Assembly: GCF_009914755.1 (NCBI RefSeq)
Contig: NC_060927.1
Strand: one strand, 5' to 3'
Origin: the human T2T-CHM13v2.0 reference genome, Homo sapiens
Length of the DNA: 64,000 nt
This document shows positions 37,997 through 52,503 of the stretch, piece after piece. Numbering within the stretch: the stretch's first letter is position 1; every line of letters begins with the position of its first letter. The position numbers and the translations under genes are program-made. The notes beneath the pieces are model-generated. The model saw only the letters and a list, made by a program, of their open reading frames with translations. It searched no databases and was not told where the DNA came from.

Positions 37997-38487
37997 AAGA
38001 GAAAGGGTATATTTGATTTTTTGATTATAAAAGCAATGAACAGAAAAGCACGAGAACAAATAAGCCAGAATTTCTTTCTTCAAAGAAAAACATCACAAAT
38101 ACTTGTACATTTCTTTCCTGTTGTTTTATGTTGTTGTTGTTCTTTTTTTATGATAATGCCTTAATCAAGTAATGTATGCACCTGGAAACAACAACAATAA
38201 AATTTGAAATTATAGAGAAAACAATAAAATAAAAAATAAAGACCTTTCCATGATTTCCTGTCTTATTTCACAGAGATATTTTCTATAGTTTATTTTATTG
38301 TAATGTTTTCCTTCTGGCCACCATTATACATTTGAATAATATATTTGACTTCTATTGCAGAATCTATAAACTCAACATCATGTCTGCTGACTCCATTTTT
38401 TTAAAGATGGGCAGTTTTTCCTATTTTCACACTTTCACAAGACAATTTTAGGTGTTACATAAGTCTTTGAATTCTTTTGGCAGTAAT

Positions 38488-38488
<1 letters not shown>

Positions 38489-38558
<70 letters not shown>
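38489..38558. repeat. (CA)16(TA)19 microsatellite
   Basis: Read directly. Confidence 0.95.
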
Positions 38559-38561
<3 letters not shown>

Positions 38562-38910
38562 GGAAATTTTAAGTATTCAGGTAAGGATTAAATTTAATAA
38601 TGACCAATTCCCACCCCCAGAATTACCAAATGCTAAATTTTATTGGAGATTTAACATCTTCAGTATTCATAAAATGAAAATACTAATACAATATATAATA
38701 AGGGCCTACGTTGTAACTCTACCTAGTCCATTCCTCATTCTACATTACCATGAATTGTATATTTACATATAATTGTTATATATGTATGCCTATATAAAAT
38801 ATTATTTTAAAATATTATGGAAATAGTATATTGAAAGCAAACTTATTTAACTTGTGTAACTCATTCCATATTAGACTATTTAGACTCATTCTTATAAATA
38901 AACACATTTC

Positions 38911-39215
<305 letters not shown>

Positions 39216-39499
39216 AAATAAATACAGTTCTAGGATATATTTCACCTTATGTGTTTTATATTCTTATTATTCATTCCCTTATTGAGGGATATTTAATTTA
39301 TTGAAAATATTCACTATTGCAGTGTTCTATTATCACATACATTGAAAACTTATACACATTAAGTGAGATTTTCATTAAGAATATCAAGTCCGTGCTGCAT
39401 GTCAACAATTTCATGTTTGTTATTTCTGGTCTCAGAATTCCTATGTTTCAACAAATGTACTTAATTCATCCGCACCTACTATGATGTTGATGAAGTTGG

Positions 39500-41150
39500 A
39501 CTTATTTCTTACTTCTTACTTCATATTCAACCAAAGTGTTTTTTAGTAAACAGTCTTTTATTGGTTTGAGGAAATATTCTTTATTCATTTTTTCAACTTT
39601 TATTAGTTAAAAATGGTATACTCCCTTTATCGTATTTTAGTAAATAACTATTTTAACATAAAATGTACTTTTATATTTTCAAATAAAGACTAAAGATAGT
39701 GTATATATCTTCTTCATAAACAGGACAATGACTTGTTTAAATTTACTCTGAGATATTTCTCCCAGTGCTCATATTTGCACTATTTATTTTTAAACTGCCC
39801 CCAATATTTTTGTCAAGGTTTTTTTAGACTTATGACGTGATTTCCTGAGTTCTTTATTTACCATATTCTTGCTATTTATGTGCATCTCCTAGATTCTCTT
39901 CTTGTGCTCTGAAGACCATTTTAAGGTCATTCAAAAATTGTTTTAAACTCCCTTAAAATTTATTTGTTGAAAATCGCTTATGTTAGTCACATTCTAAAAT
40001 AATACTGTAGTTCATCAGAGCACTCTATGTGGAAGATACTTTTCTCTCAACAATTTTTGCATATTCTGTTCCATGATCTTCTGGAATATAATTTTGCTCA
40101 TGAGGGGACTGTTTATGATGTAATTATCACACTTTTGAATAAATATTCGTCTTTTCACTCGGACAGATTTTAAGAATTTCTCTTTGTCATTGATTTCTTC
40201 AAGTTCACTGCAATGTATGTAGTTGTGGAGTTGTTTCAAATTTATCTCATTTAGGCCTCTGCAAGCTCCTAAATCTTTCTTCCATTCTGAAAAATTCTCA
40301 GCTATTATATATTTCAATCTTGCGTCTTTTAAATCCCTTTATTTTCTCCTTCAGGAATGCTCATTCATTATTTCTAGGCTTCTGTCTTTGATTTCTTTGC
40401 ATTTCTTTCATTTTCTAGTGTTGCAGTCAGTGTAATTTCTACCAATCTGTATTTTATACTTTTATTTTTTAAAAAACAGTTTTAATTTCTATAATTTATA
40501 TTGCTCTTTTAAAAATTATCCTGCTATTCTGCTTGTTCTTAATAGTTTCTCTCCCATTCTTAAGCTCTCAAAAAAATTTCAGTAAGTTTATTTTAGATTG
40601 TGATTGTTTTACTATTTTAATTTTTAGAGTCAAATTTCTTTATTACTTATGTCTGCTGGATTTCCCTCATGGTGGTTCATTCTTCCTGGTGCTCATAATT
40701 TTTTTATGACAAATTCACCTTCAACAGATGTTGTTTTCTATGGGAGACCAACCTTGTTTGAGTTGTGTATGCTTTTGCATAGCATCGCATTGCTATTGAT
40801 TCTACAGTGGCTCTACAAATATCTCTGGTTCTGGACTATTTTATATGTGAATTTTTTGGCTTCAAATTATATTACCATATAGACAGAATGAATTTGGGCC
40901 CTACAACCAAGCATAGTACACATTCTGGGTTCTGATTGCCTTTTTCGGATTCTTTTTTCTACCAGATCACCAAGTTTCCATAAGGTCAGCTATGTAATGC
41001 AAAGGACCCCTTTTTGGGAGGTTATTCCAACTTTACAATCTCCTTGCCAGTCTGAGTTTCTCTCCATTTGGTGCCTCTGAGGGCTTACCTCTTTAACATT
41101 TAACCTCGGCTATGTGTACTTCTTAAAGAGTTTTATACTTACATAGCATT
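39500..41150 (-). mobile_element. Ancient L1M ORF1/5' relic
   Basis: Minus ORF 40015-40317 has L1 ORF1-like IIAENFSE and DKEKFLKSVR; boundaries approximate. Confidence 0.55.
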
Positions 41151-42189
41151 TACATGTGTTTGTAGTGGAAAAGAAATCCCTCTTCACGTTGCATGGTGCC
41201 GTGTACTTCCCTATACTTCCATGTTGGCTGGACTTGTTCCCATCCGCTTTCCATCATTTAGAAAGTCATCAAACTCTCACTTGCTGGTATTTTATTTTTA
41301 TCAGGTACTCTTATGGTTTCATGGAGTTATTTTGTAATAGGCAATGGAACATTTGCTAATTTTTTTCTGGAAACATTGTCAAGTCTCAGGTATATAATCT
41401 AATAAGAAATGGTTAATGTCAATTGTATATGTCTTTCCATTGGCTCCACAAACATTACTGTAACAAATTAAAGTGCTTGTTTTAGTCCAATGACAGAATA
41501 TGTTAGGGAGCTCTAGAATTTAGTTAGAAAAGCAAGCCAGTGGATGTTATTAGTTTATATATTCTTTGGGAGTGGCAGCTCTATTAATTCCTTAAGTTTA
41601 ATGGTATGCAAATTCTTAAAATCTAGAGGCAATTATTCAAAAACTTTGTTAGCACAGCAATTCCTAGTGACACAGTACAAGCTGAATGCTAAACGGACCA
41701 TATTTTTAAGATGATTTCTGCTGAATAAAAGTGAGAATATTGGATGGGTCCTTTTAAAATCCTTTTTTAAAAGTCTTCTTTTAAGGCGGGAAGGAGAGAT
41801 CAAATAAGATATTTGGTGAAGTTTCTAGTAATTTATCATTCATGCATGTAAGAGGCCAACATGAATGAGCTCTCAAAAGAATGTAGACATTTTATTTTCA
41901 ATGCCTTTTTTGCATATTGTTTCAAGGTTTATTTGGTTTCCCATATTTGTATGTCTAATGTGGTTGTGTAAGGAGCTCTATATGGAGACCGCTGAGCTAT
42001 CTTTCTAAATAGCAGGAGTGCAATATACTTGCTGGAATAGAGCTTTTAGTGAAAGAACATGATTTTCCTCTCTGGCATCTATCAGGGTCTCCCAATCACT
42101 AAAGCACAGTAAATGAAAGAGAAACTCAGAAATCAGGTGTGCCGCTAATTTTCTATCAACAGAGTTAAGAATAAATTAAGAACAGTCCT

Positions 42190-42523
<334 letters not shown>

Positions 42524-42564
42524 CTATATAATACACAGAAAACATTTATACAAAATTAATGTCC

Positions 42565-42989
<425 letters not shown>

Positions 42990-43749
42990 CTAAACATGCT
43001 CAGTTGTGAATCTGTGTTGCTGACAGGTAGAATTTTGACAGCCCTATATATAAATTTACCACAAAAGTATATGCTGAAAATGGTTCTATTAGAATTAGCC
43101 GGTGCTTATAAAATATAATTTTTTCAGAGTTGCCGACTTTCCTTTTTTGTTGTCCCTTTGTGCAGACTGTGCCTATGCGGTTTGTAGAAAAGAGAAGGAA
43201 GTTTTCTATCTGCTTTCTTTAGGGCACTTAGGTGGCAAAAGTATTATTTTTACTGACTTCACTCTTATTCTGTCTTTTGTCATGCAGATGTACGGAGTGA
43301 TTTTGCAATAAACAGAAACAACTTTCTCATAGAAAAAGAGAGACTGGAGTTTAAAGGAAAATAATCTATTCGTTATGCGTAGTTCAACATAGGAAGCCAA
43401 ACAGCAGTTTTTAAGAAATTACACACACAAGACACAATGCCTGAGCCAATTGCTTTTACCATTAGGGGGCTCCTTTTACTTATGAGGCAAAAGTCATTTT
43501 TCCAAAGAAACATGGAACAAAAATTCATTTTCTGCCAGTGAAGTTTCAAGATTCACATATATCTTTAGGTATCCAAAAATAATGTTAGTCTTTGAGTATT
43601 AGCCCCCGGATGTTATTTTCTTTTATGATTTTTTTTCTACATGAAACGGTCTTCAATTCGTACAAAAATTCTAGTTAATTCTGATAAATAATTTAACGTA
43701 CTAAATTACCAATATTAATAATATTTTTATTCAACAATATATATTAGTA

Positions 43750-43870
43750 ATAATTCCACAAATATTGGCTGAATACTTACTATGTAATAGATGCTATTTC
43801 AGGCACTAGTGATGCAACTATGAACAAGACAGAGAAGAGTTCTGCTCCTGTAAAATTCACATCTGATGCG
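43750..43870 (-). mobile_element. L2 3' end relic
   Basis: ctgaatacttactatg..aggcactagtgatgcaactatgaacaagacag. Confidence 0.65.
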
Positions 43871-44359
43871 TATTCTTGAATTCAATGAAGTATACAACTC
43901 TACCAGGTGGAAAGGGGGGCTAACATTGTTAATTTTCGGTCTCACCTGACAAATGAGCATTAGAAGCCATTAAATTATTTAATTCCAAGATGATTATTTT
44001 AGTAAAGTAAACTTGCATAGTGAGATGCACCAAAAAGACTAAATAAAAAGAAACATATATTTACTAAGAATAATAATTATTCCTCTGTTTTTATAGAGAG
44101 TGAGATATTCTGGGTTTTTCAGAGGATTAACAAAAATAGGATCTCACATTATACACATGTTTATGGAATTTCCTAATCACAGACCCAACTCTTTCCCTGA
44201 AAGGTATTCATTTTCGTCAAGTGAATAGTACCAGTGGATTTACTAAGAAGGTAAAATTTGTTCAAAATTTGCAAACTACACTAAATTATTGAATAACCTT
44301 GGTAAATTAGTACGTATATAACAAGTGAAGGAAAATTAATAACCAACAGAATATCATTT

Positions 44360-45130
44360 AATACATTTTTCCAGTTATAAAATCATATATGTTTATTATT
44401 ACAAAATTTGGAGAAGACAAAATATGCATAGATTGTTATTCTATTACTCTGCATGTGGCATCCTTTCAGTCATCTTGTATATGTGTGTACGTGTGTGCGT
44501 GTGTGTGCATTTAAAATACAAAATTGAAATTAATGCATATGTTCTGCTTTATAGCTTGTTTTTATTAATTAACATCTTATAAACATTCTCAAGTATCATT
44601 AAATATTCTCCTAATGCTGAAGGATTTTTCACCAGATGGGTGTTCCCTTTTTACTCAAACCAATAACCTATTGTTAGATATTTATCTTTTACACAATTTA
44701 TTGAACAATGCTATGGTACATATCCTTGTACCTGAATCTTTTAATATGTGTCTGATTATTTCTTAAAAACAAATTCCTAGTAGTACAATTTGCATGTCAA
44801 ATTGTGGGTTTTTAAAAATGTGAGTGTGTATATTACTAAATTGTCCTTTAGGAAGACAACTCCCTCTGTACTTGCAGGCAGGTGAGTGCTCTTTGTGACC
44901 ATCCTTGTTAATACTAAATATTATTAATTGTAAATACTCTCCGATTGGATTACAAAACAAATACACAGATAACAGTATTTCAGTATTGCTCTATATTACA
45001 TTTTTTGGAAAATGCATGCCTGAATGAATATTTCATGAGTGTTTGAACCATTCATATCTGCTCATTTTGCTGAAGTCAGCCTCTGTCCTTTGTTTATTCT
45101 TTTGATATTTTACATTTTTTCTTATGCTCA
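44360..45130 (-). mobile_element. L1ME-like 3' relic
   Basis: cctattgttagatattta; aacaatgctatggtacatatccttgta; aattcctagtagtacaatttgc. Confidence 0.55.
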
Positions 45131-46204
45131 GGAAGTTCATCAGATATCGGTGAGATAACTTGTAATTTTCACTTTTCTTCAAGTTTATAAGACATTTAAC
45201 TTATTACATTTTAAGTGTGAAACCTTGAAAAATGTTTTATAAATTATTTGAACCTCAGTTTTCAAATGTACACAGTGCAGCCGGTAATACCTGACCTGGC
45301 TTTCACAAACTCAGAATGGTCAGATAAAAACTGAAATAGTTAATGTTTCTAAATGTATTTTTATAGCTACAAGTGATATAAAGTTATTGTTCTAGTCTTA
45401 TTAAAGATAAATCAGTGTTTGTCCCTAATTGCACATCTGGTCATAAGCAAGTCTACAACTTAAAGTTTCCTAAATATAGGTCCAGTGTTATCAACTTTTT
45501 ACCTCCGGCACCTAGCATTGTCTGGCCTGTGGTGTGTGATCATTAAGTGCCTGCTTAATGAATGTAGATTCTAAGTATACTAGAGAAACATAAATTAAAT
45601 ACATCTGTGCTCATTCCAAGTATGCTATTACAGTGTCATCTAAATCTAATGGTGAACAAAATAGCACATATTAAGATGATATTAATGTTAAACTTCAATT
45701 TATGCCTCTGCCCTTGGTAACCATGATAATCCACTCCATGATGAAGCAGTCAGGAAATGTAAGTAGTTATTTATTTCATCACTACAAATTGTATTTGAGA
45801 CCTGTGTTTTGGAGGTAATCTATATTGTGGGCTCTTCAGGAATTTGGTATGTTAGGAAAATTCAGGACTGCATAAGGGGAACAGGAATAGGTTTGAGGGT
45901 AAAAGGAAATTGTAATCATCCCTGAATTAAAAAATAATTTATATGTTACAGACAGGTAAAGTATACACAAGGTGTGTGATATTTTCTTCTTCAAAAACCC
46001 TCCCCAAATGTGAGATATATAACTTGCTTTTCCAGATAGTCAGAACAAGAAAGAACTTCTTATTTTTGTTTTAGCTTGCATTTACGTTGCCATAACACAT
46101 TATGTTAATATTTGATGTTATTTGACTTTGGCAGAACATAATGAAATAAGGTGTTTGACTTTGCCAAAGAGAGTTTTTGGAACAAACCTGTGTTTGATTT
46201 AGAT

Positions 46205-46302
46205 CTGAGGCCAGGTGTTCAAGACGAGCCTAGGCAACAAAGTGAGACCCCTGTCTGTAATACACACACACACACACACACACGCACAATCTCTCTCTCT
46301 CT
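46205..46302 (+). mobile_element. Alu monomer fragment (FLAM/AluJ-like) followed by (CA)n and (CT)n
   Basis: gaggccaggtgttcaagacgagcctaggcaacaaagtgagacccctgtct. Confidence 0.75.
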
Positions 46303-46657
46303 CAAACTTTGGCATATTTAGTAATAAATATTAAAGCCATGAAACAAACATATTTTACTTATAGCTTAGAATAATCACCTTTATAAATTTCTTAAGTGAT
46401 TTGTAGTACACTGTGGACTTGACTGTTACTTTTATATCAGGTTATAAGTAATGTTGGCTAGACGTCTATCCAATGAACTTTCCCTTTCACTTCACATATT
46501 CTCTGGGCTCATGGTTAGCCAGAACAATTTAGAAGCCAAAAACATAACCAAAATTATCACATGTATTTTTACTGCATGGTGGGATTATTTTGTTTTATTG
46601 ACATATATCATTTTGGTCAATAATAATAATAACAATAAAACAGCGTTGAGTTACTCA

Positions 46658-46940
46658 AATATTAGTTGGGGCTCTTCAGAGAAATAGAACGAATAGTGCC
46701 ACATTATCTATCTATCTATCTCTCTAAATATATGAATTTTCCCTTTCTCCATTTTCTGTTTTATTAAGGGTCTCAATGGATTACATGATACCTACATTGG
46801 AAATGGTAATCTACTTTACTGAGTCCCCTGACTCAAATGCTAGTTTTATCTGGAAACACCCTCACAGACACGTCCAAAATATTATTTAATATGGGCAAAC
46901 CATAGCCTAGTCAAGTTGACACATAAATGTAATGATCACA
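46658..46940 (-). mobile_element. MLT2-family ERVL LTR, internally deleted
   Basis: tattagttggggctcttcagagaaatagaac; tggaaacaccctcacagacac..; ctagtcaagttgacacataaa..atcaca. Confidence 0.8.
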
Positions 46941-47948
46941 ATGATACTAGTAAGAGAAATTCAGTTGACCTTGCTGATAAATAGGTATTTTTCACACAAA
47001 AGCCAGAAAATGATCATAAAATATGTCATATGGTTTAAAATTATAATTGTTGAGTACCCATTTCAAAATATGATTGTTCATTTGAAGAATAAATTTTAAG
47101 TTGGTTCAATTCTATAGATAATTATGACATGACTGAATATTTATTCATGGCAAATCCAAGAGCATTCATTTGCAATTGCCATTCATGTAGATGTCAAAGA
47201 TGCCACTTTTTATTGCACATATTGTGAGAGGGTAAAACAAATAACCTTTCCTCCTTAAAATTAGATTGCTCATTAAATGTGTCATTAATCATATTTTAGA
47301 CTCCAAAAGATCAAAGTAAAATGGCTCTGAATTTTAAATTTTCCAGGGTGACAAAAGCTGAACAGTTTATTAATGTTTGACCATGCTCCAGGTGTGGTGG
47401 CTAATTTCTGAAGATGATGTTCCTCTCCTTTCAATTGCCTTTCAGCTCTCATGGTAGGTGCTAATGTGTATAATTAGCATGATTTCAGAGTTGTGACCTG
47501 AACGACAGACCAATATCTATAAGGGTTGTGGTCCAGCCAGGTTAGAATAATACCAAATTGATATGCAATTAATTGAGCTTGCAAAGAGGTTACTGAAAGG
47601 AGTTAGGTCTAAATTGCAGTTTCAAAATAAATCACCCGAAATTATTTAAGAGTATAACTGGGACTCCCCAAAAGTTACCTCCATCTGAAAGGTTTAGATT
47701 TGGAATCTCCAGTTGTGATGATAAATATAATTATAATTAAGGCTCTGGGTGTTAATGTCAGTGTTATGCAGAAAATTACCCTAGACATAGATAGCTCCCA
47801 GCATCTACATCCCGTTTTCAATTTTATTTCTAATAAAAAAATTTAATCCATTTGAGGTGACAAAATTCCTTAGAGAATAAATGTTTTTTAACCTTGGGTA
47901 GTAGAATAAAATATAGAGACAATGACATATATCAAACTCATGGTATTA

Positions 47949-48309
47949 GAAGTTGTGTATCCCTTATCCAAAATGCTTGAGACCAAAAATGTTTTAGAGT
48001 TTGAAATTTTCTGAATTTTGGAATATTCGCATATATATAATGAGATATCTTGGGGATTGGGACCCAAGTGTAAAAACAAAATTCATTTGTATTTTATATA
48101 AGCTTTATACATATAACCTGAATGCATTTCTATATGGTATTTTTAATAATTTTGAGCAGGAAACAAAGTTTTGACTACATTTTGACTGTGATGTGTCACA
48201 TGAGGTCAGGTGTGGAATTTTTCAGTTTGGAGTCCTGTTGGTGCTCAAAAAATTGTAGATCTTGAAGCGTTTCAGATTTTGGATATTGAGCTCTTGAGTG
48301 CTCAAACTG
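47949..48309. mobile_element. Tigger4 (Zombi/MER46)-derived MITE
   Basis: Degenerate TIRs gaagttgtgtatccc ... gagtgctcaaactg flanked by TA; internal ggacccaagt, tcacatgaggtcaggtgtggaattt. Confidence 0.88.
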
Positions 48310-50629
48310 TAATATCATTGAGCTGTTTAGAATTAAGTTTGTATTAATTAGAATAGTTTCTACATGTTTGGTGTAAAAAGTGCTTGTTATATTTAAGGCT
48401 CTAAGGAGTCTTTGCCAGATTTGATTTGTATTTGCACTTTTAATTTTGTAAATAAATAACTGATTTTAGACTTACCCGTTTAAGTTGAAAAGTACTGTAT
48501 ATAAAAATTAACTAACTTTTTAGAAAAAGTTTTGAAATATTTAAAAGAAGTTAAGATTTACTATTTTGTAAGGGTAAATACAAGAATTAAATTCTTAGGT
48601 TTTTCTTGTTAAGGACCTACTGTTGATTTGTCAGACTGTTTAGACACTTTAAGAGAACATAATAATTCAATTTTAGAATTACCATTTAAAATATTTAAAG
48701 CAATTGTAGTAAAGTAAGTCAAAAGTCCTGATTGTTTATGTGTGTTTAGTCTGTTCAACATGAAATAATTGAATTTTAATTGTGGCAAAAGAGAAGAAAG
48801 TTTTTCTTGTTTTAATAAGATTATAAAAAGAATAACAGACATATAAATGAGGCTAAAAATTTTAAGGGGGAAACAGCGTTTGCATTTGAAATTATAATAA
48901 ATTTGATATTATGATCCCCGATGAGCACTGGGGCTCTAAGGGGATTCAAGGGACTTGCCTGAGACTACAGAGCAGGAATTCACATACAGATTTTCATATA
49001 CAAATGCAGTGGCTGTGGTTTCCACATTCATTCTCAAAAACTCAATGTACCTTTTTGGAGATGCATGCAAAATTGTAGAGGAAAAGAAAGTAATATTTAG
49101 AATATAGTTTCTAATCTTTTATTGTTAATCTTCTTGTTTACAATTTACCAAGGCAAAAAAGAAACACTTTTAAAATGTCAAAATAATATAAATATTATCT
49201 ACCATTGTTTTTCTATTCCCAGTTTAATAGACAAGTTTCTCTGTGTGGCAATAATTTTTAACTCTAAACAGAGCCAGTAGCTCCTCTATTACTTTGGACT
49301 TTTTAAAAGATATAGTTATTTTGAGTTTGCATTCACACATATTCTAACTTAGAACACACAAAAATTTACATTATTTATTTTCTCTTAACATATTTGCAAA
49401 GATTTAGTTATATCTGCAAAAATGATATATTTTTTATTCTTCTATTTTTACCCAAGTTGTTGATGATCTTCTGAGATCCATCTGAACAGAAAAGGAAGAG
49501 ACACATACTTCTATTTATATACACACTCATATTTTGTGTGTGTATACAACCTTATTAGCTTCTTGACAAAGAAACTAAAGAGATTTAATTTTTAAATGCT
49601 TCTTCCCATACTCTATCCTTTTATTATAATTTTTAAGTCTTTAATTATTTTTACATATCTCTTCTATATACAGGTCTTTATAGCTGGGTCCCTACTGCTG
49701 ACTCAGTTTTGAACTACCCATCGATCTTATCTTAAAATTGTTGTCTAGTTAGTGGAGCATTTATTTATCAGCTTTTCCATTTGCTTGAATATTTTACATG
49801 GCCAAATATATATCTGACCAATGTCCTTCTTTAGGAACAGTGCTTTATGTTTTTCACATCTGATATTTACATCAGGTGCATTCAAAAGGCAGTGAACCAA
49901 GTCCTATAAAAACAGATAGAAGAATCACTTTTAAGTATTAATGTCAGAAGAAGAGAATTGCTTTTTGATTTAGGAAATGTAAATAGTCAATCTTATTAAA
50001 AGATTGACTTTAAAACATATCCAACTCTGCTAAACAATGGAAGAATCTAATCTTTTTTTGATTGAAGAAACCACATAAAACAGGTATACCATCATGGGGA
50101 AGGTAGGTACTTTCTGTATTACTGTCAAAAGACAAAAATTGCCTCTTGACTTAGGATTCCATAAACTTTTATGGAGGTGTGCATGGCTGGAAGACATCAA
50201 TACCATGCATTGTTCCTTGGATGGTGGGCTAGGCACATATTCTAACCTTTGAACATTTCTAAAATAGTATCTTTCAAAGCTGGCAAATTTGGGGAAAAAG
50301 AAATTCCTTATACAGATGAAGCTTGAAGGAAGGTGATGTATGTTGTAATGGGTTTGCTAAGATTTTCACTTAATATTCAGCAGCCCTGAGAAGTTTTCTT
50401 ATCTTCTACTCTAAGTCAGTACTTTGAAAAAAAAAATATAAGGAGCAGGTTTGACAATGTTGTCAGGATTGTGATTGAGATGAAGCTAGAACGATGTGCA
50501 GTTGAAGTCCTCCCAGGTCCTGATTCAAATCTACATCTGATTTCATGACCTCTGCTGCATTCCTCTGTCATGAGAAGAGCAGGGACTCTTAGTCCGATGA
50601 CAGAATCAACCTTACCCTTTGGTTAATTA

Positions 50630-50890
50630 GATGGGGCAGTAGTAAAGAACTCGAATTTTAGAGCCAGGCACACCTGGATTTGAATACTTGTCAGATGAAC
50701 CACTTACTACATGATTGGCCAGAGACATACACTTTGATTTCACTGGCCTCATTTTTCCTATGTGTAAAATTGAGAAATAATAGTTGTCCCACCTCATATG
50801 ATTGTATGGAGGATTAAGTGAGATTATTGAATCTAAAAGTCTTAGCACAATGTCTGACATACAGCAACTAGTAGTGAATTTCAGCCAGTG
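50630..50890 (+). mobile_element. MIR SINE
   Basis: gagccaggcacacctggatttgaat..ggcctcatttttcctatgtgtaaaattg..cttagcacaatgtctgacatac. Confidence 0.8.
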
Positions 50891-51039
50891 TAGCATTATT
50901 GAAATTATTATGAATAAGGGACTATTGTAGATGTTATGCGGAAAGCAGTAGTCCCCTGGGGCCATATAGTGAACCCCAGTGCTATTTAGCTCATTTCTAT
51001 TGTCTACGCATTATATACAGTTCAAATTAGTAACAATCA

Positions 51040-51283
51040 CAACAAGAACAACCATCAATTGATATAGTTTCAGGCACTTTCTTTAGTACTTTAGGCTAAC
51101 GTATTTAATTCTCATAAAAACCTCAAAGGATATGTGGTATCATTCCCCATCTTATAGAAAAGTAAAATGAGATTCAGAGATGTAAAGTAAATCGGTTAAA
51201 TAGAAAAAACAGTTGTTAGATTGTAGAGTCAGAATTCAAAACCAGGCAGGCTTTTGCCAAAATTAACGCATTTTACCACCACA
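51040..51283 (-). mobile_element. MIR SINE
   Basis: atttaattctcata..atcattccccatcttatag..gagattcagagatgtaaagtaa..agagtcagaattcaaaaccaggc. Confidence 0.75.
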
Positions 51284-51825
51284 TTCTTAATTCCCAAACA
51301 GAGCACCAAGCACCCTAGGATGCAACAGTGAACTCAGAGAAGGATCATAGGATGTAATTAAATATTCTGGTGAAACAGTGATGCTCAACATCTGTCAATT
51401 ACTGAGTGTGAGGTAGTTTCATTTCAACACATATCTTATTATATTTCTTTCAATATCATATATTTATTAAAGCTGGGTTTCCAGCGGATGTTGTGGTAAA
51501 AAGGAAATACTGTGTGAAATCAGTGTAGAACAGGAAATGAGGCTGGGCAATCTTATTCCAAGTTTTGAAAAGTTGTGCCGTGCCCAGTGGTAGTATGCTT
51601 GTTGTAAGTAGAAGTGGGTACTTAAGAATAAAATAAGAATGCTATTTTTCCTCTAATATATACATATTATATTTTTAAAGCATCCTGTAAGTCACTTGAA
51701 TATAACTTCTTTGAACCAAAATACTTAAAAATGGAACTATTATGTAGTTATTTTGCCCTAGGGGTGCCATAAAAATGATTGATCCACTAAGGAGATCATG
51801 ATACGAATAAGCTGGGGAACCTCTG
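51284..51825 (+). mobile_element. Charlie4a-like hAT DNA transposon
   Basis: ttcccaaac..., aagctgggtttccagcgg, tgtagaacaggaaatgagg, attccaagttttgaaaagttgtgc, terminus gggaacctctg. Confidence 0.8.
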
Positions 51826-51965
51826 AACTATATTATTCAGTTTATCAGGGAAATATGTAAAACTTAAGGATCAGTTCATCAAACCTCATTAACCACCTGT
51901 TACTTCTCAAGTACTTAGAGATTCCTTTCTAAAAGAGCTCACAGCATAGTAAGAAAGATAGACAC

Positions 51966-52503
51966 TGTGTTAGTCAGGGTCCTCCAGAGAGACAGAATCA
52001 GTTAAGTATGTGTATAGCTATTATGACAGAAGTTTATTAGAAAAATTGAGATTCTCGATTATGCAGACTGAAAAGTCCCAGGACAGGCCTTTTGCAAGAT
52101 GGAGCCCTTGGGATGCTGGTAGCCTGGCTCAGTCTAAGTTCAAATGCCCCCAAACCAGGGAAGCCCATGGTTTAACTCAGTCCAAAGCCAAAAACCTGAG
52201 AACCTGGAGTGCTTCTGTGTAACTCCAAAAGCTGGAGTTTCAATGTCGGAGGCAGGAGACTAGTGTAGCCCAGCTCTGGAGGCAGAGACCAATTCACCTT
52301 TTCTGTTTTTGTTCCATCCAGGCCCCCAGCTGATAGGATTGTGCCCACCCACTTTGAGGACAGATCTTCCCCTTAGTTCACTCAGACTCACATGCTAATT
52401 TCTTCTGGAAATGTCCTTGCAGACACGCCCAAAAATAATGCTTCACTAGTTCCCTAGGTATTATTTAATCCGATCAGATTGATCCCTAAAATTAACCATC
52501 ACA
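51966..52503 (-). mobile_element. MLT2B-like ERVL solo LTR, complete
   Basis: TG...CA ends (tgtgttagtcagggtcctccagagagacagaa ... aattaaccatcaca) with perfect 5-bp TSD GACAC (51961-51965, 52504-52508). Confidence 0.92.

Noticed and set aside
44849-44890. Strong donor CAG|GTGAGT at 44881/44882
   Set aside because: Lies in an L1ME relic with weak acceptor context; isolated donors are common by chance
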